Source: an uncultured Nitrososphaerales archaeon (GTDB lineage Archaea > Thermoproteota > Nitrososphaeria > Nitrososphaerales > Nitrososphaeraceae). From it: 64,000 nucleotides of DNA. Under the pieces are notes generated by a model. That model had not been told where the DNA came from. It made no database searches and was given only the letters and a program-made list of their open reading frames with translations. The DNA lies in the NCBI GenBank assembly GCA_963695855.1, contig CAVOHZ010000010.1, positions 608,001-672,000 of the forward strand, given 5' to 3'. This document shows, piece by piece, positions 59,562 through 64,000 of the stretch. A program made the position numbers and the translations under genes. Each line of letters opens with the position of its first letter. The stretch's first letter is position 1.

Positions 59562-60626
59562 TTGGCCAAGGCATTTATTAATTCGTATACTAAGGCAGGT
59601 GTGAACGTAAAAAAGATACGTTCGGCACAAGAAAACATAGGAAAAATGATTACAGAATCAAATTCTTACCAAAATATTGGGAAAATATTATTTGGATTTG
59701 GTCATTATTCTGGATTAATTAAACTTGGAAATAATGTAATAGCGCTCCATACCGATGGAGTAGGTACCAAAGTACTCATATGCCAAAAAATGAATTGTTT
59801 TGACACAATAGGAATAGATTGTATTGCAATGAATGTTAATGATATTATTTGTACAGGAGCTGAACCATTTGCATTTGTTGACTACATTGCACTAAAATCT
59901 GCAAACGAAAAATTAATCAAAAAACTACTAAAAGGATTAGTTAGCGGAGCTAAGGTTTCAAGAGTTGCGATCGTGGGGGGTGAAACTGCAGTAGTTCCAG
60001 AGTTATTATCTGGAGAATCAAAGGACGCATTTGACCTTGCTGGAACTGCTATAGGATTAACTGCTCCGGACAGATTAATTTTAGGCAATAAGATACGAAC
60101 TGGAGATGTGATATTAGGCATAGAAAGCAATGGATTACATTCAAATGGTTTTACACTGGCAAGGAAAGTATTATCAAAATATTCGATAGGTGATATTCCA
60201 AGATTTTTAACAAAACCAATTGGAGAAGAATTGCTTTCTCCAACTAGAATTTATGTTAGACCTATAATGGAATTGATAAGAGATAAAAATATATCTGTCC
60301 ACGGTCTTGCACACATAACAGGAGGATCCTTTACAAAATTAAAAAGATTAAATAACAAAGTAAGATTTAACCTTTCAAAACTTCCGAAGATTGATGGAAT
60401 TTTTAAACAGATTCAAAGTGATGGAAAAATTGATGTGAAAGAAATGTATAGAACTTTCAATATGGGGATAGGATTCTGTTTGATTATGCCCAAGAATTCT
60501 GTAGATAAGACGACAAGCATAGTTGAAAAACACAAGATGAGGGTATTTGATATTGGAGAAATCGATTCTAGTGGAATAGGTAATGTAGTTGGAAAGATAA
60601 ATGGAAAGAAATATATCTTCGCATAG
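59562..60626 (+). CDS. purM: phosphoribosylformylglycinamidine cyclo-ligase
   Basis: TDGVGTK, AMNVND, GGETA, GLHSNG, HITGG, TFNMGIG. Confidence 0.97.
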   Translation: MAKAFINSYTKAGVNVKKIRSAQENIGKMITESNSYQNIGKILFGFGHYSGLIKLGNNVIALHTDGVGTKVLICQKMNCFDTIGIDCIAMNVNDIICTGAEPFAFVDYIALKSANEKLIKKLLKGLVSGAKVSRVAIVGGETAVVPELLSGESKDAFDLAGTAIGLTAPDRLILGNKIRTGDVILGIESNGLHSNGFTLARKVLSKYSIGDIPRFLTKPIGEELLSPTRIYVRPIMELIRDKNISVHGLAHITGGSFTKLKRLNNKVRFNLSKLPKIDGIFKQIQSDGKIDVKEMYRTFNMGIGFCLIMPKNSVDKTTSIVEKHKMRVFDIGEIDSSGIGNVVGKINGKKYIFA

Positions 60627-60743
60627 GTTTACGTTCCTAATAATTAAACACATTACATTAATCAACCACGCCAATTTATTCTTAAAAATCATAAAGATAT
60701 AGCTAAAAATATATAGATATATTATAACGGGTATTTGACAATA

Positions 60744-62351
60744 TCAAATATATTTTTCTATAATTTCACACGTCCTATCCAATCCCAAATCAACAAGATA
60801 ATTTCCTAGTTTGGGACCTCGATCGGAATTTATCAACATCCGATATAGTAACTTAAAGAAAACACGTGGTTCAATCGCATGCTTTTTTGATATCTCAAAA
60901 ATGATGGTTTGTATGTCATTTGACAGATTTTCGCTTTCTTTTCCGATTAAATTCTTAAATCTGTTAACTAATTCCATTACAGCATTCTTTTCTTTTTGTT
61001 CGATCGAAATTTCGAAAGCGTTTTCTGAAATCAAGTCATCAGCCCAATTTGAGGCAAGACTTATTTTATTTATTACATCGTCTGTTTTTTCTTCTACTAG
61101 TCCATATTTTTTAAGCCTTGAAAAGATATTATCAGATCGTCCTTCATCGCTAAAAAGAGATGCCTGCTGTACTAATATACTGTACGGAATATGTTTAAGA
61201 CTATTATAAGGAGGATTAAGCTTATTAACATATTCATAGATTCCTTTTAATTTAATCTTTTTAGAATTATTATTTTCCTTAATTTTGTCAAAATAAATAT
61301 CCTCATAATAATCATATTCGTCCATTAGTGTTGGAATATCATCTAATCCAATATGTCTAGTTCCTGAAATCCTCTTAAATAATAATAATAAAATAGACGC
61401 CGGCGTACCATATTTCAACCACGTTTGAGGAGTTAAAACATTACCAGCTGATTTACTAATTTTTTTACCTCCCTTATCCAAAAACATCTCATATTTTACG
61501 TGCAGTGGATGTGGAAAATTCAATAGGGAAGTAGATACCCAGTCATTTACCCGTACCGAATCCATAATATCCTTACCGTACGCCTCAAATCGTATATCCA
61601 ATGCTTTCCATCTTGCTGCAAATTCAACTTTCCAAGCTAGTTTTCCTTCGCCTTTAGAAATATCAGACTCTCCTTTATGCCCACATCCAGATATTTCTTT
61701 TGTTCCAATTTTACTACCAGAACAAGAATAAAGTACTTTGTGTTCATTGGACAAATATTTTTCAGCACGTGTAACATACAATCTCCCACAATTATCACAT
61801 ACTGGAAAATAAGGTAACACGTCAATATATTTATCTTGACCTACAAGATTGGATATTTTTTTTCCCAGTAGTTCATTGTTACTGAGAATACAATCAATTT
61901 CTCTAGAAAGAATACCACTTTTATACACATCTGAGGCGCTTTTATAATTAAATTTGATACCTACTTTATCTAGACTTTCTAAAAGAAGACTACTCATGTG
62001 TTCACCATATGACTTATGACAATTTCCAAACGGATCAGGAATTGTTGAAACTGGTTTTGCAATATAATCATGAAGCCAAAGTGGGAAACCGGTCGGAATC
62101 TTTCTTAATCCATCCATATCATCTGAATATGTTATTAATTCAGATTTAAAACCAAGATTGTTTAATGCCAAACCGATCCCGTAGGCACGTACTGCGTCAC
62201 CCATACTTCCAATATGGGGTATTCCGGATGCCCCAAGTCCACTTTCTACTTTTATTAGATCCAAACTTCTTCCCAATTTTTTTTCTCTAATAATTAGCGA
62301 TTTAGCTACCTTGTCTAACCACGTTCCTTTTCCTATAATTTTATCTTTCAT
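60744..62351 (-). CDS. lysS: class I lysyl-tRNA synthetase
   Basis: SGIPHIGS (HIGH-like), GKLAWKVEF, KISKSAGN (KMSKS-like), GPKLG. Confidence 0.96.
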   Translation of the reverse strand: MKDKIIGKGTWLDKVAKSLIIREKKLGRSLDLIKVESGLGASGIPHIGSMGDAVRAYGIGLALNNLGFKSELITYSDDMDGLRKIPTGFPLWLHDYIAKPVSTIPDPFGNCHKSYGEHMSSLLLESLDKVGIKFNYKSASDVYKSGILSREIDCILSNNELLGKKISNLVGQDKYIDVLPYFPVCDNCGRLYVTRAEKYLSNEHKVLYSCSGSKIGTKEISGCGHKGESDISKGEGKLAWKVEFAARWKALDIRFEAYGKDIMDSVRVNDWVSTSLLNFPHPLHVKYEMFLDKGGKKISKSAGNVLTPQTWLKYGTPASILLLLFKRISGTRHIGLDDIPTLMDEYDYYEDIYFDKIKENNNSKKIKLKGIYEYVNKLNPPYNSLKHIPYSILVQQASLFSDEGRSDNIFSRLKKYGLVEEKTDDVINKISLASNWADDLISENAFEISIEQKEKNAVMELVNRFKNLIGKESENLSNDIQTIIFEISKKHAIEPRVFFKLLYRMLINSDRGPKLGNYLVDLGLDRTCEIIEKYI

Positions 62352-62757
62352 TTATAACGCCTCCATACAAAGTCTATGCGATATACAACATGCAAGTAAT
62401 TTTTATATTAACACTATAGTAATTATTTAAATTCTGCATTAATTTCATAGTATAGTAAAGAGTATAAAGTTGTTTTTCAAACTAATAGCACATCGTTAAG
62501 TTAAATTAAAAAGATCGATTGCTATTTATGTTCTATTCTAATTTATGGTAATAATTACATTTAAAAGAACCAGAAGTTTCACCGTCGTCTAAATGTATTC
62601 TATATGTTTATATTTTTTCAGATTTATCCCAAGGAAGTGCAAATTCGAGGAGTACATAACAATACATCGTTTAATTAACAAGTACGATAAAAAATGTGAT
62701 TATTTCTTTATTAGAAACTGTTTATTAAACTCTGTTAGTATAACAAATAGAAATAGT

Positions 62758-63999
62758 TTACACCAAAATTTTGGTAACATATGGACCATTTTGAATATAG
62801 CCTATTTTTTTATAATATTCTCTTGTTCCTACTGCACTTATAACTGAGATTTTATTTACGCAAAATTCTTCTTTTGATATTTTTTCAGCTTCTTCCATTA
62901 ATCTCAAACCTAAACCCTTGTGTTGATAATATCCATTATCATTTTTCTGACCAATATCTATTAACTTCCCATAAACATGTAATTCTCTTACTATAGCAGT
63001 GCCTTTCAATGGAAGAGAATTATCCTGCAATTCTTTCCTTCTCGGATTAAGTATATTTCTTAGTCGCAAAAAACCAAAAATTATTTTATTATCTTTACTT
63101 TCCATAGATAAGAATACCTCTTTTCCTCCTGAAGCAAAAAAGTCTATTCTACTCAATTTAATATCTTGATAAGATTCGAACATATTTCTTGTCATCATTG
63201 GTTCTCTACATCTTATACATTTACAAAATATACCCTCGTCTTTTAATTTTTTAAGAACAATTTGACGAATATTTCCCCTTCTAGTACCATTTACAATATC
63301 TGCAGGTTCTATTTCCCTTTGAATTCTCATAATTCGAACCCATGGAGGAATAATCTTCTTGACTTCCATCAAGATATTTACAATATCATCTTCAGAATAT
63401 GGAGAATATTTTCCGCTTTTATATAACTTATATAATCCGGTTCCTTGAAGAACAAGAGTGGGATAAATTTTTAACATGTCGGGTTTAAAATCAGGATTCT
63501 CAAATAGCATCTTAATATTATCTATATCTTTTTCAGGGGTTGAACCAGGTAATCCTGGCATCATATGACCTACGATTTTATATCCAGCGTCTCTCGATAA
63601 TTTAAAAGATTCTCTGACATCTAAAAGAGTATGGCCTCTATTTACTAATCGATAGACATTATCATCTAAAGCCTGAATTCCTATTTCAACTCTAGTTATT
63701 CCCATTTCTAACATTAAATCTATTTGTTTCTCTTTGCAATAATCAGGTTTAGTTTCAACAGTAAATCCTACACATCGATTTTTGGCATGTTCATTTGTCT
63801 TTAATGCATTTTCTAATGTAGATGACGGACAATCGTTTAGAGCATCGTAACATGATTTAACAAAATCCTTTTGATAACTTTCTGGCATAAATGGAAATGT
63901 TCCACCAACTATAACCAATTCAATTTTGCTAATATTGTGACCACGTCTACGAAGTTGTTCTAATTTTGATTTGACTTGGAAATATGGATCAAAATCTAC
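62758..63999 (-). CDS. elp3: Elp3 tRNA uridine(34) acetyltransferase (5' end beyond window)
   Basis: GGTF, ETKPD, HMMPGLP, KIYPT, RIQRE, RELHVYG, QHKGLG; frame open to the window edge. Confidence 0.95.
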   Translation of the reverse strand, partial: VDFDPYFQVKSKLEQLRRRGHNISKIELVIVGGTFPFMPESYQKDFVKSCYDALNDCPSSTLENALKTNEHAKNRCVGFTVETKPDYCKEKQIDLMLEMGITRVEIGIQALDDNVYRLVNRGHTLLDVRESFKLSRDAGYKIVGHMMPGLPGSTPEKDIDNIKMLFENPDFKPDMLKIYPTLVLQGTGLYKLYKSGKYSPYSEDDIVNILMEVKKIIPPWVRIMRIQREIEPADIVNGTRRGNIRQIVLKKLKDEGIFCKCIRCREPMMTRNMFESYQDIKLSRIDFFASGGKEVFLSMESKDNKIIFGFLRLRNILNPRRKELQDNSLPLKGTAIVRELHVYGKLIDIGQKNDNGYYQHKGLGLRLMEEAEKISKEEFCVNKISVISAVGTREYYKKIGYIQNGPYVTKILV

Positions 64000-64000
64000 G

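Noticed and set aside
653-62847. Numerous short antisense or overlapping ORFs in the track (e.g. 653-907, 6648-6890, 10875-11201, 41437-41796, 50797-51171, 60811-61209)
   Set aside because: They are shadows of well-supported genes on the opposite strand or in another frame and have no recognisable motifs.
1-64000. CRISPR array, cas genes or rRNA
   Set aside because: No regularly spaced 24-40 bp repeats with unique spacers and no long GC-rich structured RNA were seen.

Overview
AT-rich archaeal DNA whose gene content points to an ammonia-oxidising archaeon of the Nitrososphaeraceae (Nitrosocosmicus-like; this is inferred from protein families, not from a search). Most of it is core genome: pstB/phoU, a murI-like gene, prs, rnz, pckA, EtfAB plus a FixC-ferredoxin fusion, rpl40e, a putative GDGT ring synthase, hom, endA, rps17e, cgi121, the full archaeal shikimate/aromatic operon with an inserted orphan DNA methyltransferase, nadE, purM, class I lysS and a partial elp3. 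Three accessory patches interrupt it: (i) an island between prs and rnz with a dead integrase split by an IS6 element (8-bp TSD), an IS5, and an ASCH/Mrr chimera; (ii) a decayed element of about 3.1 kb integrated in tRNA-Arg(CCU), bounded by an att repeat; (iii) a decayed IS5 carrying a nested 110-bp MITE next to a pseudogene. Highlights are a tRNA-Gln(CUG) with three BHB-type introns (10/11, 21/22, 37/38) and a cysteine-free glutamate-racemase homolog (both catalytic Cys replaced by Ser) next to a stand-alone ATP-dependent hydantoinase/oxoprolinase A subunit. No CRISPR array or rRNA was seen.
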